NCBI RefSeq assembly: GCF_001194135.2
Contig: NC_068993.1
Location: 21,806,484 to 21,870,483 of the forward strand
Reading direction: 5' to 3'
DNA: 64,000 nucleotides
From: Octopus bimaculoides
Taxonomy: Eukaryota
Position numbers and translations under genes: made by a program. Shown here one piece after another: positions 41,300 through 54,771 of this stretch. The notes beneath the pieces are model-generated. The model was given only the letters and a program-made list of their open reading frames with translations, was not told the origin of the DNA and did no database searches. Every line of letters begins with the position of its first letter. Position 1 is the first letter of the stretch.

Positions 41300-43070
41300 T
41301 ATGTCATCGTTACGAGAAGATCCTTTCGGCAGCCAACGTGGTTTTGTGTGATGCTGTCTATTTGTGATTCAGCACAAGAACGTAATACTGATTACATTAC
41401 ATTAAAATCTCATCTCAAATATCTGGATCTTTCTTTATGGCTCATGAATGAAAGTATATATTTGGCATACACAGAAAGATAGGGAATATACCCCTGCACG
41501 CAGGGATCTAATTTTACTGTTCATGGTTTAATCACTTCATCTTGATATGTCCGTGTATTCTTTTAAAGCTTCTTGATTGTGGTACTTTGTCATAAATAAT
41601 ATCACTCTGTATTTCAACTTACTGTACCATCTCTAGTTTATCCTTCTTGAAAAGTTTGTTCAGATAACACAACTGGCATTTGTCATGAGTTTTTTTTCTC
41701 CCCTAATTTCTGTCTTAAATTTGAGGGCATTTCCACTAGATGTATATACATTTATATACATTTCCACTGTATATAATGTATACATTTCCGTCCAGTTCAC
41801 CAATATCTTCAGCAAATCTCTCGTTTGTAAATTTTCTTTCTGAGTTGCTGAATGTACCCACATCGTCATAAAGATGATTGCTCAAAATCCACTCCAGGAA
41901 AATGCTGAAGGAAAACTAGGAAAAATTGGTATTTCTGAAATACTACTGCTTCATTGAATCACCAATGATGCATTGTCCTAGTATTGCTTTCGTTTTCATT
42001 AGGTGTAAAGTTATTATATAGCATGAGTTAACTTCTGCCGTGTGAAAAATTTCCCCATTGTGAGGTACAGCGCTTCATTTATTAAACGCCATCATGAATT
42101 GCATAAAGCTATTTTCATATAGGGCGCAGAGATACAAAATGTACTCAGTTGCGATTCTAACGTTATATAAGCAACAATTTTCTCTGTCTAAGATCTGTCA
42201 TTTCTGGGTGACTCTGAGCATTACTGAGACATGTCAGATCTCGTAGAATAGTTATAAGGATGTCTGCTGTGGCTTTTATTCGTTGCTTAGGGTTTGAAAA
42301 AGATTCTTGTATCTAAGCATATGGAGGTTCCCTGCATTTTCAGCACATTTAAATCACCAACATTTTATTAATGTTATAATTCTGAGTGCATTGTGTCCAT
42401 TTTTCTTTTAGTACAGTAAGAACTTTTTCTTTATTTTTAAACATGTTTTGTTTCGATGTGTTGTCTTTGGGGAAGCCTTTTGCCTGTTCTAACGCTTCTT
42501 GTGTTGTACTGGAATAGCTATTTTTAATTTTCTTTATATTGTAAAGCTAATAATTTTTGCCGTACTTCCATATGTTCTCTCGATATCTAAGTGATCTTAT
42601 AAGTTTTCTTCCTCTTGTTGTATTGTTATTGCCTCTGTTGACTCATCTATCCTATATCTTGTTTATAGCCCTTGGCTTAAACTTACAATGTCTTTTCACC
42701 AGATCTTCACTCATCTTCTCTGTCCTCATAGTGTTGAAATCGTTTGCAACAATCTCTTCGTTAACTTGGAGGAGATTTAATGCTACAAATTTCTTCCAAA
42801 AGTGTTGCCTGAAATTCTTTAGGATATATTGTGAAATTATACGGCCAAAATTTCCTGATGCCTGCCTGAAATTCATTCCAACAAGGTTAAGATCACTACC
42901 TGTATCTGTTCGTTATAATATTTTTGTTGTTTGTATTTACACACGACTGTTTGCATCATTGTCCGAAAGTATAGTCTATCTTGTAGACTTCGATTAGGAG
43001 TACGCTAAGTGTACATTTTGGATGCCTTATTCATGTCTAGGGTAGTATCATGTTTCAACTGACAAACTAG
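41300..43070 (-). mobile_element. Decayed RTE-like LINE (endonuclease to RT)
   Basis: Minus-strand remnants GSDLNLVG, GNFG and IVANDF (APE-like), then FLEWIL, TNERFAEDI (TNLRFADDI-like) and EKKLMTN. Many stops and frameshifts; boundaries approximate. Confidence 0.55.
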
Positions 43071-43767
43071 ATAGAGGTGTCCTCCTTTTATCTCAGAGTA
43101 ATTTCCTGAAGAAGCGATGAAAGCGCTACACACATTTTGTGCATCATTCTCTCACACTCAACTTAACCTGTTAGAGCTGAATGCCGCTATAAGCTGTTTT
43201 CTGATTTAGGTTTTGTTAAAACGGTTTTCGGACTCATAACTGTAAGATCATAAGCTCTCAAAATTATTGGTATCAATTCTGTTTCAATATATCTCGAAGA
43301 ATGGAATGTAAACAACCAGATTGTTTGCAGATGTGATATGCAAGGCAATTATCACCTTCCTCGTGTGATATGCAATAAGGTTATTCAAGACAATTTACAA
43401 GAAATCTTTAATCTATCAAACATTGCCAACGGAAGAGAAACATGGGACTTACATTCACGTGGGAGACGCAACGATACTAATAACAACCTTTATTTACAAG
43501 ATTTATCATTTGCATAAATAATCGATTTGAACTTACACACACTAAATACATGCATAATGTACATGAATGTACTGTATACGAGCATACATATACATGCAAG
43601 CATACATTCACACATTCACAAACTGACACACAGAGGCACATATTGATGCATAAGTGTATATGTATATGTATAGTAAACCCCAAAGACGAAGTTGAACAAA
43701 CACAAAAACCAACAACGCGACGACGTGGTACATGTAAAATATTAGCAGAGCTCAGGAATGAAAGAAA

Positions 43768-43810
43768 GCTAGTTTAACGTTTCGAGCAACGCTCTTCTTC
43801 AGAAAGAAAG
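43768..43810 (-). ncRNA. Degenerate minimal hammerhead-like motif
   Basis: Minus strand TTT-CTGAAGA-aGAGCgttGCTC-GAAAC-GTT-AAA: cores intact and a GAGC/GCTC stem II, but stem I is only ~3 bp. Confidence 0.45.
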
Positions 43811-43958
43811 GAAATTCCAATAGAAAGGAAGACGGGGGAAGAAAATAGCCAGCGATTCACATGTCGTTACATTTTGAAACGACTGGTATATATGTATTTC
43901 AAAATAGAAAGAAAAAGTCATCCAACACGCAGGGATGCTTAGTTTTTTAAACTGCTCT

Positions 43959-44013
<55 letters not shown>

Positions 44014-44149
44014 ATGTATGTGTATATATATGTGTGTGTGTGTGTATGTATGTGCATATGTGTGTATGTGTGCGTGCGTGTGCGTGCATGTGTACTCATG
44101 TCTCAAGGCAGTCTTTGCTACACAGCCATGTTTGTGCTTTTACAAACTT

Positions 44150-45090
44150 TGTGCTTATATATTGCACTCGATCAAATGATGATTGATACTGTCGTCTCCT
44201 CTACTCTAGATTGTACCTTCGCTGTCTAAGTGTTTCTTATTTATCTTTGCCTTTATCAGATTTGTTCTGCGGGCTTGGTCCTGGGCAGCTATAATTAGAA
44301 TTTCTATATCTCGTTCGGTGTTCCCGTCGCCAACGAGAGCCAGCGATATTTATCTCTAACATTCTTGGTTTGCTACATAAATTGGCCATGTAGTTCTATT
44401 TATTTCTATTTATTTGCTATTTTCTTCATTTTCCCTTTGTATTCTCCCACTGTTTCAGTCACTTTTGGGGTATCTCTGGCTGCTCGTAGTATTCGCTCTA
44501 TACTCAGCACAACAATTTTTCAGACCCAGTATCGCAATATTAACAGTGACCTCTGCGTTCAGTAATCCTCTGTCACATTTCTTTCTTGGTAGGTGGAGAG
44601 GGTCGGCATTGCGATTAGAATGGAATCGGTGAGCATTCTAGTTCTGAACATTTCTAGTTCTATCCAAGATATTAAGCTCAAACTTTTTTCCATTTCTGAA
44701 AGGGAGCTGAATATCTCAATATTAGCTCAGCCCATGTATTTATGGTTTAATGATGATCCCTGCATTTAATTTAGTTTCTAGCACCCTAATGATTGTCTAG
44801 TAGTCTTTAGTGGTTTTCTCTCTCAATCTCCTCCCTCTCATTATCTTATCATCATGTGGCACTCATAGATATTTGTATCTCTCATTATTCCACAGCCATC
44901 TAATGATGGTGTCTTGTGTTAATTTTAGGCCCTCATAATTTTATGCGCACATCTGTACCCCCAAATACGTTCCAATATCTTTACTGAATAGTTTCATTCT
45001 TGGATCAAAGAATGTGACCACACTTATTTTAATATATAGCATAATGTCATCCATATACAGGAGGTGATTTACTCTCATCTTAATTTTGAT
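44150..45090 (-). mobile_element. Second decayed R4/Dong-like LINE fragment
   Basis: Minus strand NHLLYMDDI (~45040-45070), LHGQFM and TERDIEILIIAAQDQARRTN. Confidence 0.7.
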
Positions 45091-45693
45091 AAACTCATTT
45101 GTGTGAGAGAGCAATGCATGCCATCAAAGTGACACTGGGATACAAATATACGCAGCCCAATATACACATCGTGACTACCCGTCTGATAAGAGGACATTAA
45201 GCACATGCATCACAAACATATGTGTGCTACATGGCGATATCATATCAAGATATACAGAGCATGACCTTGCAGGTAGGTCCTAAAATTTTTTTTCAGTTTG
45301 AGTAGTCCAACTTGCTCAAAAAGTCGCTGAACGAAGCATAGATGAACTGTCCAAGCCCCAAAGAATTCCTCTCAAAACGTAGTTATGATGCTTCCCCACT
45401 ACTTATGCTCGTGATCAAAGACGCACATATCGTCAGTCACTAAGGGATTTGCTCAACTAGTTAAGGTCGAGCAGCTGATAAGTAAATATGTGGTATTGAA
45501 CAGAATATTTGCTGTAGCCTGTCTTTTATACCATGACAAAGCATGTACATGATAACACTTCCAATCAGTGTGATCAAAAGCCATAAGAATCACTGCCTGG
45601 TACTGCATCAGAGTAGTTATTGCTATCATTATTATTATCATCATCATCATCATCATTATTATTATTATCATTATTATTATTATTATTATTATT

Positions 45694-48003
45694 TTATGTT
45701 TGACTTTTGTTTTGCATTTGTACAAGTTGGATCTAAGTCTCACCCAGAGACCTCAAGAGACAACAAGTTAGAAGTTCATGTAGGTGTTATGCCTAGGGTA
45801 CCATATATTTGGATTTGTACATAGTGTTCTAGAGAATGTTTAAGAAACCATAAGAAAATTATGTATTTGTTTTAAAATTTGAGATCACATAGACAGTATA
45901 TTACGTAGGATATGGGCAGTTCCCATGAGCACTATCTTTTGAACTTCAGCCATTTTGGGGTTTCCTGGTATCTGAGCTAGGTAGTAACCAGCCTGTTTCG
46001 CTGTCATTCCCAGGGCACCTATGACAATAGGTATTGTTTTAGTCTTCAGGTTCCACATTTTGCTAATTTCTATTTCAAGATCTTTATATTTGCTCAGTTT
46101 TTGGTAGGTCTTGACAGATACGTTTATATCGATTGAGACAGTCATATCAATGAGGAGGCATGATTTTTGTCTGAAGTCTTTCAGTATGATGTCTGGCCTA
46201 TTTGCATCTATTTTTCTCTAAGTTGGAATGGTGAAGTTCCAGAGGAGTGAGATGTGATTATTTTCAGGCACTGGAGGTGGTTTGTGTTCCCATCAGTTTT
46301 ATCATGGGGCAGGTCCAGACTTCTGCAAATTACCCAGTGAATATATTGTGCAGCTCTATCATGCCTGCTGAGATACTCTGTAGGCGCAAGCAGACTGCAC
46401 ATGGAGACAACATGATCAATAGTTTCATTTTGTTGTTGACATACACGACACGTTGGGAAGCTGACGTGTTTAATATGTTGGCCTGGTAGTTTCTTGTCGG
46501 TAGGCATTGATCTTGGGCTGCTATGATAAGCTCTTCTATTTGTGATTTTAAGCCAGAAGCCATTAACCATTGATGGGTAAGGGCTTTGTCAACATCGGCA
46601 TTATTAGCTCTCTTTGGGTATTTGCCATTGAGCGGTTTTTCGTGCCATTTATCAGTCAGAATATCTAAGGCAGCACTTTTAACACGGGTTTTCATGCGCT
46701 TAGCTGTTTCTCTGCTTCTTTCTAGTACGTCAAATTCTGGAACTTGTTGTATTTGGAATTCACTTAAACATTCCTTTGCCTGTTTTTTTACAGAGTATGT
46801 TGCTTTCTTGTTTTCAGGTTTTAACATCCAGTCCTCATAGTTTTCAGGTAGGTGCCTAGGGCAATTGTGGCAACCTTCATTGTTAATGCCAGTTGTAAAA
46901 GTCCACGGCCTCCCTCTTTTCTTCGCAGATAAAGTCGTTCTATATCTACCTTGGTGTGGTGCATTCTATTCATTGTCAACAATTGTCGTATTTTTCTGTC
47001 AAGATAACATATTTCAGTAATTGACCAGTTAATGATATTGAAACTGTAAGTCACGACTTGCATGGCTAAAGTATCGATCGCTTCGATCTTGTTTCTTGCA
47101 TTCAGCTCTGTTTTGAGTATAGCTCTCACCCTGCGTTAACATTCTCTTCTTATCCTTTCCCTCATCACTGAATGTAAGATTCCGCCCCCTTCAAATACCC
47201 ACTAGGTATTTGTAGCTCTCCGCTGGTTTTCTAACTCCTTTGTGACATTCTGCTGGTCAAAGTTAACTTTAGATGTTTTTGTCATTTTTCCTTTGATAAA
47301 GCTAGCTTTTGCACATTTATCGAGGCCAAAGTGCATCCTGATATCATAACTGAATTGTTTAACATTCGCTAGTAAGCCCTGAATTTGTTGATCATTTTTT
47401 GCAAAGAGCTTTAAATCATCCATGTAAAAGAGATGATTTATAACTTTATCAAACAATTCACAACCGTACTGTACATCACTGAGCAATTTCGAGAGATGTA
47501 TTGAGGCTAAACAAAAGAAGAGTGTTGGTAGTGAATCACCCTGGAAATTGCTGCATGAAAGTCTTACATTTCCAGCATTTAGAGATTCATTATCACTGTT
47601 CAAAATCAGTGCGGTTCTCCATGATCTCTAGAAGAAGAATTTTCGCAGAGTACGTGGTAGACTATCAAAAGCTTTTTTTATAATCTATCCAGGCTATTGA
47701 AATTCTTTGTGTCGTTTGTGACAATCTTCCAAGACCCTCTTGGTTGTAAAGTAGATGATCTTGACAACCATAGGATCCACGTTTACATTCTTTTTGCTCA
47801 TTTAGGAAATATGCCACTTTCTGATAAAGCTATAGGTATATTCAGTCAAGGCAGATGTTAGCGTTTTATACATTATTGTTAAGCCGGTTATGTGGGTCGA
47901 TAATATTCTGGTTCATTTGTTTCTTCATTTTTGGTAAGTACGAATGTTAAACATTTACTAGCCAAGAGGGAATCATAATAGGATGTTGCAAAACATTATT
48001 GTA
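45694..48003 (-). mobile_element. 5'-truncated R4/Dong-like (RLE-type) non-LTR retrotransposon, pseudogenised
   Basis: Motifs in the expected order on the minus strand: PSWL, YRP, FQGDSL, NHLFYMDDLKLFAK, FGLDKC, RLYLRRKEGGRGL, IIAAQDQCLPTRNY, CCHC knuckle (CRVC...ETIDHVVSMC), RHD, RPDII and KYKDL...PIVIGALG. Flanked by (ATT/ATC)n at 45626-45693 and 48004-48053. Confidence 0.9.
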
Positions 48004-48317
48004 TATTATAATAATAATGATTATTATTATTATTATCATTATTATTATTATTACAATTATGTAGTGTAAATGATAATCCTCGTAGCATATCTAGGGCATA
48101 ATGAACAGGACAATTCGTAAAAAGAAGAATATTTGAATCCCCACATCCAGATTTTGAGATCACTGCATGAAACTTGGCAAGAAATTCCGGAAGAGAATAT
48201 TCATCTGATCTAATAGCGTTTTTGCATTGAAAAATGCAAAGAGAATGTCTTCTAAATATTGGATATTCACATTATAGTAATCAATAAATAGTTTGAATGT
48301 ATAATTTCAGATTTAAA

Positions 48318-48765
48318 TAGGTCATCCCACAAGTTCTGCCCGAATTTTGAATAAGGAAAACAAATGATCAAATATTATATTTAATTATCAATGTACTTCC
48401 TTCCATCTATTTACAAGCTTTTTAATCCCATCAATCTAAAACTTTTTTGGTTTCAAAGCGTAGAACGCTGAAATGTCAGTTTCGACCTCCTCCAGGCTTG
48501 CGAAAGTTATGTCACTCCATAGACTACGAAACAAATGGTAGTCTGAGGGGCAAGGTCGGGAATTTTTTTCCCAACCGAGCTCTTCGATCTTCTCTGATGT
48601 GATCTTTGCAGTGTAGGGGTCGCGCATTGTCCTGATGAAACATCACTCCTTTTACATTCACTAAAGCGGGTCTTTTTTTTCTTCAGTAGACTTGAGCATT
48701 GATTGGTAATCCCACCAGATAGAGAGAACAAACTTTTTCCCATAAAAAACGTGGATCTTTGTCCA
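48318..48765 (-). mobile_element. Mariner transposase C-terminal fragment with terminal repeat
   Basis: Minus strand HQDNAR, KIEELGWE, PSDYHLFRSL and GIKKLVNRW; TA-GGTCATCCCACAAG terminus at 48318. Confidence 0.8.
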
Positions 48766-49278
48766 CAATTATCAAGGTATGCATATACATGTATATGTGT
48801 ATATACATACATACACACACACACACATATATATATACTTGTGTGTGTGTCTGTGTGTATTTTAATAATAAAGGGTAAGAGCAATAATAATTTTACCGGG
48901 TTCCCAGCACGGAAATAGAAATCTTTTAGGCAAATTTTACAAATTATTTTATAATCATATACATAATCATAATAACGGGTCTGGTTTATGTTTCGCCACG
49001 TACCGATTAGAAATAGATGCTAAATTCTTTCTTACTACCATAAAATCTATGAGAAATAATACACTTTTAATGCAGGCAAAAGACAAATAATGAATCAACA
49101 AGGCCGATTAATTATGAACGCGTTTCGAACTTAAAGTAAAACACATTACTTACTGTTTCTATATGAGTATGCGTATATGTATATGTTTATGTATATGTGT
49201 CCATATATTTATATGTATAAATGTCTAATATATATGTAAAGATATATATATATATATGTATATATATATATCTATATA

Positions 49279-49331
<53 letters not shown>

Positions 49332-49754
49332 GTATATATATATGTACATACATATATGCGTGTGTGTGTGTGCGGATATGTGTATGTATATATTTGTGTG
49401 AGTATGGGTATTTATATATATATATACATGTTTGTGTGAGTGTGTACATATGTAGGTGTTATCATCGCAGAAGGTCTCCATATATTGTGAGAATATGATT
49501 GCATGTACTTTTTACCGTTTATAGTTTTCTTACCTATTAGAGTAGCTTCCCTTTTATTCAACAGTTTTTTTACAGCGTCTGTTGTCATAATAGCCGATGA
49601 GAATGCATATTAGCTCTTAGCTCCCGCATATGAAACACTGAGTCCTGTTATTACAACTTACTGATTGTCCTAAACTCTACATATGTAAGTTCCTCTGTTT
49701 ACTTAATATCCAAGTCTCATTCTTTTGTTGTCATTTTATTATTATATATTAGAG

Positions 49755-50013
49755 GAAGAAAAACACCGCGTGCTCCAGTTCTCGTCCGGCTGCAATCATC
49801 AGCTGAGTGCCGTGCTTCGCCGAGATTTCGGCCCATTATGCTCTCCACACGGTTGTCTCACAACAGCTGGACGTATTGCGTTGCAACCGGACTCATGCCA
49901 GTTCTGTGGTCTTATACGCTTTCACAAACCTCCTGGTAATCCAAGCACTGCCCTCAACAGCTTTCTCCCCACATTCCTTGATGATCTTCCTCTTCAGCAT
50001 ATACACCAGCTAC
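49755..50013 (-). mobile_element. Probable RTE-like LINE fragment (truncated by gap)
   Basis: GC-richer block translating to MLKRKI...VWRA*WAEI, resembling the RTE thumb region (RxRWAGHV). Weak match. Confidence 0.4.
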
Positions 50014-50927
50014 NNNNNNNNNNNNNNNNNNNNNNNNNNNNNNNNNNNNNNNNNNNNNNNNNNNNNNNNNNNNNNNNNNNNNNNNNNNNNNNNNNNNNNN
50101 NNNNNNNNNNNNNNNNNNNNNNNNNNNNNNNNNNNNNNNNNNNNNNNNNNNNNNNNNNNNNNNNNNNNNNNNNNNNNNNNNNNNNNNNNNNNNNNNNNNN
50201 NNNNNNNNNNNNNNNNNNNNNNNNNNNNNNNNNNNNNNNNNNNNNNNNNNNNNNNNNNNNNNNNNNNNNNNNNNNNNNNNNNNNNNNNNNNNNNNNNNNN
50301 NNNNNNNNNNNNNNNNNNNNNNNNNNNNNNNNNNNNNNNNNNNNNNNNNNNNNNNNNNNNNNNNNNNNNNNNNNNNNNNNNNNNNNNNNNNNNNNNNNNN
50401 NNNNNNNNNNNNNNNNNNNNNNNNNNNNNNNNNNNNNNNNNNNNNNNNNNNNNNNNNNNNNNNNNNNNNNNNNNNNNNNNNNNNNNNNNNNNNNNNNNNN
50501 NNNNNNNNNNNNNNNNNNNNNNNNNNNNNNNNNNNNNNNNNNNNNNNNNNNNNNNNNNNNNNNNNNNNNNNNNNNNNNNNNNNNNNNNNNNNNNNNNNNN
50601 NNNNNNNNNNNNNNNNNNNNNNNNNNNNNNNNNNNNNNNNNNNNNNNNNNNNNNNNNNNNNNNNNNNNNNNNNNNNNNNNNNNNNNNNNNNNNNNNNNNN
50701 NNNNNNNNNNNNNNNNNNNNNNNNNNNNNNNNNNNNNNNNNNNNNNNNNNNNNNNNNNNNNNNNNNNNNNNNNNNNNNNNNNNNNNNNNNNNNNNNNNNN
50801 NNNNNNNNNNNNNNNNNNNNNNNNNNNNNNNNNNNNNNNNNNNNNNNNNNNNNNNNNNNNNNNNNNNNNNNNNNNNNNNNNNNNNNNNNNNNNNNNNNNN
50901 NNNNNNNNNNNNNNNNNNNNNNGTATG

Positions 50928-50959
<32 letters not shown>

Positions 50960-50970
<11 letters not shown>

Positions 50971-51140
50971 GTATCTGTGTTTGTCCCCCCAACATCGCTT
51001 GACTACCGATGCTGCTGTCTTTACATCCGGTAACTTCGCGGTTTGGCAAACGAATAAATACTAGGCTTACAAAGATTAAGTCCTGGGGTCGAGTAGCTCG
51101 ACTAAACGCGGTGATCCAGTACGACCACAGTCAAATGTCT
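50960..51140 (+). mobile_element. Family-B SINE 3' half
   Basis: GTGTTTGTCCCCCCAACATCGCTTGAC...TAAGTCCTGGGGTCGAG...CAGTCAAATG. Confidence 0.75.
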
Positions 51141-52100
51141 AGACACATATATTTGAATCCAAACGTATATATCCATATACGTTTATTTATCTGTCTAACT
51201 AGCTATCTTTCGATATATTTATCACTATACATATATATAGAGAGAGTAAAGTAGTACGGTATATATATTTTCATTTGTATACATTAATGCACAAAAACTC
51301 ACCCACCCACATTTGTGTAAATTTATGTATGTATAAGTCTGTGTATTTGTATGTTGTATATACATATAAGCGTATATATGCATATATACATACATACATA
51401 CATACATGGCATTCAGCTGTGACCAAAGTTGAAAAATTTCACATTAGGCTTTTTTTTATTTCAATAGGACGTTTCTGAATGCTATCCTGCTCTGTGGACC
51501 AAACTCAAGATATACGTTATTCCCTTCCCAACATCACTGCTATATAGAAAATGATGTTGGGAATATGAAGCAGACTGAAAGTTTCTAAACACGGGATCTC
51601 AGACTACTTCTTAGTAACTCCCACTCTGATGTCGGGAAGTTGATATCCCTGCATAATGTATATCCATCGTATGAAATATATGAAAACAATGTAGTTACAG
51701 CTGAGAAGTAAATTTTCTATTTAAGATTATAAACACTATAAAATTAGGGGTTAATGAAGTTGACTTTTACTTGGGAAATATTGTTTTGAATTTCCAACAG
51801 GGAGAGGTCTATGTTTGTGGTGTTTGTAGTGGGTCATTAGGGATGTGACCTGGGTGCCAATGTAGCGGCACTCCCAAAATGTTTGGGAGCCACTGCCAGA
51901 AAATATATTAGTTTCTAATTTTGGCAGGACAGCAATTTCGGAGAGGAGCAAAATCGGTTACATTGACTCCAGTATTCAACTGGTATTTATATTTCGAACC
52001 TGAAAAGATCGCCTTATTGCCTTAAAACATATTAATGCTTAGCAGTACACAGTCAAGCAGTTACCAGTTCATAAGAAAATTTTGGATACTTAACTGTATG

Positions 52101-53261
52101 TATTGCTTTGGCATCTAAGTTCCCGCAGTTGTTTTTAGATTTAAATGTTTTAAAAGGTTTAATGAAAATTAACAACTAATTAATCAATAATGTATTCACC
52201 CTTGTTGTTTACAACTTCTTCCCAACGTTCAACAAGATTTTCAATACCACGTTGGTAGAAATTAGCCGATTTCGACTCGAAAAATTGATCCAACCAAGCT
52301 CTCAATTCTGTATCAGTATTGAACGAAACTCCGCACATAGCATTTGAAAGAGATCGAAAGAGGTGGAAATCTGTTGGTGCCAAATCAGGAGAGTACGGTG
52401 GGTGTGGCAGCACATCCCAGCTATGCATTTGATTGGCTTCCTTGGTCATATTGGCGATATGAGGGCGGGTGTTGTCGTTCAGCAGAAGAACTCCAGGTCT
52501 TTTCTCGTGAATAGCCGTGTTGAGTCGTTCCATCTGCTGAACATAGAGTTCCGCGTTGCCCGTTTAGCTCCGTTCAAGCAATTCGTAATGGATAATCCCT
52601 TCCCAGTCCCATCATACGTACAACATCGCTTTACGCGGACGAAGATCTTCTTTCACGTGCGGTGTCGCTTGTTTACCGAGGCTAAGCCATTCCTTACGCT
52701 GCTTCATATTGATATACGGGCACCATTTTTCGTCGCCAGTAACGATTCGGTAAAGAAATCGTTGCTTGTGTCCATGAGGTGAGCGGTGACGAGCAAGCAA
52801 ACCAGTGGAGATTGTGGCTCGTTGATTGTTGTTGTTGTTGTCAGTTAAAGCATGCGGAACCTATGCAGCATACTTCTGAACCTTTCCCATCGAGTGAGGA
52901 TGCTTCTCTATTGCAGTGTGGGAGCATTCCATTTTCTCTGCCAGTTCTCTCGCCGTTTGACGAGAATTTTCGTGTAAAAGTTGATTTAATTGCTCTTCAT
53001 CGACCTCAACTGGACAGCCAGAACGAGGTGCGACTTTGAGGTCAAAATTTCCATTTTTGAACATGGCATACCAATCACGAGCGGTTCTTTCAGCTATGGC
53101 ACCCTCTCCATACATAGCACAAATGTCACGAGCAGCTTTTGCGGTCTTAGAATCTTGATTAAAAGCAAAAAAAAGGAAGTGTCGAAAATGCTCGTTTTTC
53201 TTGACATTCCGTACTAATGATCTGAAAATAAACAAGAATTAACTAAAATTAACTAGAAAAA
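52101..53261 (-). mobile_element. Mariner (DD34D-type) transposon with inactivated transposase
   Basis: Minus-strand ORFs 52861-53235, 52612-52800 and 52180-52533 form one transposase: HTH (AARDICAMYGEGAIAERTARDWY), *VPHAL, RIVTGDEKW, LLNDNTRPH and HPPYSPDLAPTDFHLF. Two Trp codons are mutated to stops. Terminus at ~52101; the other end lies in the gap. Confidence 0.92.
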
Positions 53262-54771
53262 NNNNNNNNNNNNNNNNNNNNNNNNNNNNNNNNNNNNNNN
53301 NNNNNNNNNNNNNNNNNNNNNNNNNNNNNNNNNNNNNNNNNNNNNNNNNNNNNNNNNNNNNNNNNNNNNNNNNNNNNNNNNNNNNNNNNNNNNNNNNNNN
53401 NNNNNNNNNNNNNNNNNNNNNNNNNNNNNNNNNNNNNNNNNNNNNNNNNNNNNNNNNNNNNNNNNNNNNNNNNNNNNNNNNNNNNNNNNNNNNNNNNNNN
53501 NNNNNNNNNNNNNNNNNNNNNNNNNNNNNNNNNNNNNNNNNNNNNNNNNNNNNNNNNNNNNNNNNNNNNNNNNNNNNNNNNNNNNNNNNNNNNNNNNNNN
53601 NNNNNNNNNNNNNNNNNNNNNNNNNNNNNNNNNNNNNNNNNNNNNNNNNNNNNNNNNNNNNNNNNNNNNNNNNNNNNNNNNNNNNNNNNNNNNNNNNNNN
53701 NNNNNNNNNNNNNNNNNNNNNNNNNNNNNNNNNNNNNNNNNNNNNNNNNNNNNNNNNNNNNNNNNNNNNNNNNNNNNNNNNNNNNNNNNNNNNNNNNNNN
53801 NNNNNNNNNNNNNNNNNNNNNNNNNNNNNNNNNNNNNNNNNNNNNNNNNNNNNNNNNNNNNNNNNNNNNNNNNNNNNNNNNNNNNNNNNNNNNNNNNNNN
53901 NNNNNNNNNNNNNNNNNNNNNNNNNNNNNNNNNNNNNNNNNNNNNNNNNNNNNNNNNNNNNNNNNNNNNNNNNNNNNNNNNNNNNNNNNNNNNNNNNNNN
54001 NNNNNNNNNNNNNNNNNNNNNNNNNNNNNNNNNNNNNNNNNNNNNNNNNNNNNNNNNNNNNNNNNNNNNNNNNNNNNNNNNNNNNNNNNNNNNNNNNNNN
54101 NNNNNNNNNNNNNNNNNNNNNNNNNNNNNNNNNNNNNNNNNNNNNNNNNNNNNACTGGTTTATCGATCCCGAAAGGATGAAAGACAATGTCGACCTCGGC
54201 GGAATTAGAACTGAGAACGTAAAGACAAACGAAATACCACTAAGCATTTCGCCCGACGTGCTAAATTTTCTGCCTCCTCGCCGCTGCCTCTTCTGATGGC
54301 ACACAAGTGTCGATGAAGGGTTGAATGACAAAATCCAAGCTTCTTTGCTATTTCATCAACAGTTACGATGGCATTTTGTTCCACCAGGTTTTGCGGGACG
54401 TACTTGTCGAGCTCTACAGATCTTCCAGGACGAGACTCGTCTTATAGGCTGTAGATTCTGGTTTGGTATTTCTGGAACCACCTTTCCCACTGACTTATGT
54501 TTATTGTCCTATCCTCATATACTGGATTAATATTGCTTGCACTTTCGTTGCGCTGTTCCTTTGTTGAACTCATAAAGCAAAATATGCCGAATATTCTCCT
54601 CTGTCACTTCCATTATAGCTTTCGCAAATATAACTGTTGAAATCGAACTGCACTCTTCAAACTTGCAATAAGGTGAAATGTCTACCTACTTTTATAGCGA
54701 GTTGGTGTAGGTAATGTATCCGGACCCCCTCTGACTTTAAATTCATGCATTATTTATGGGCTAACTCAATA

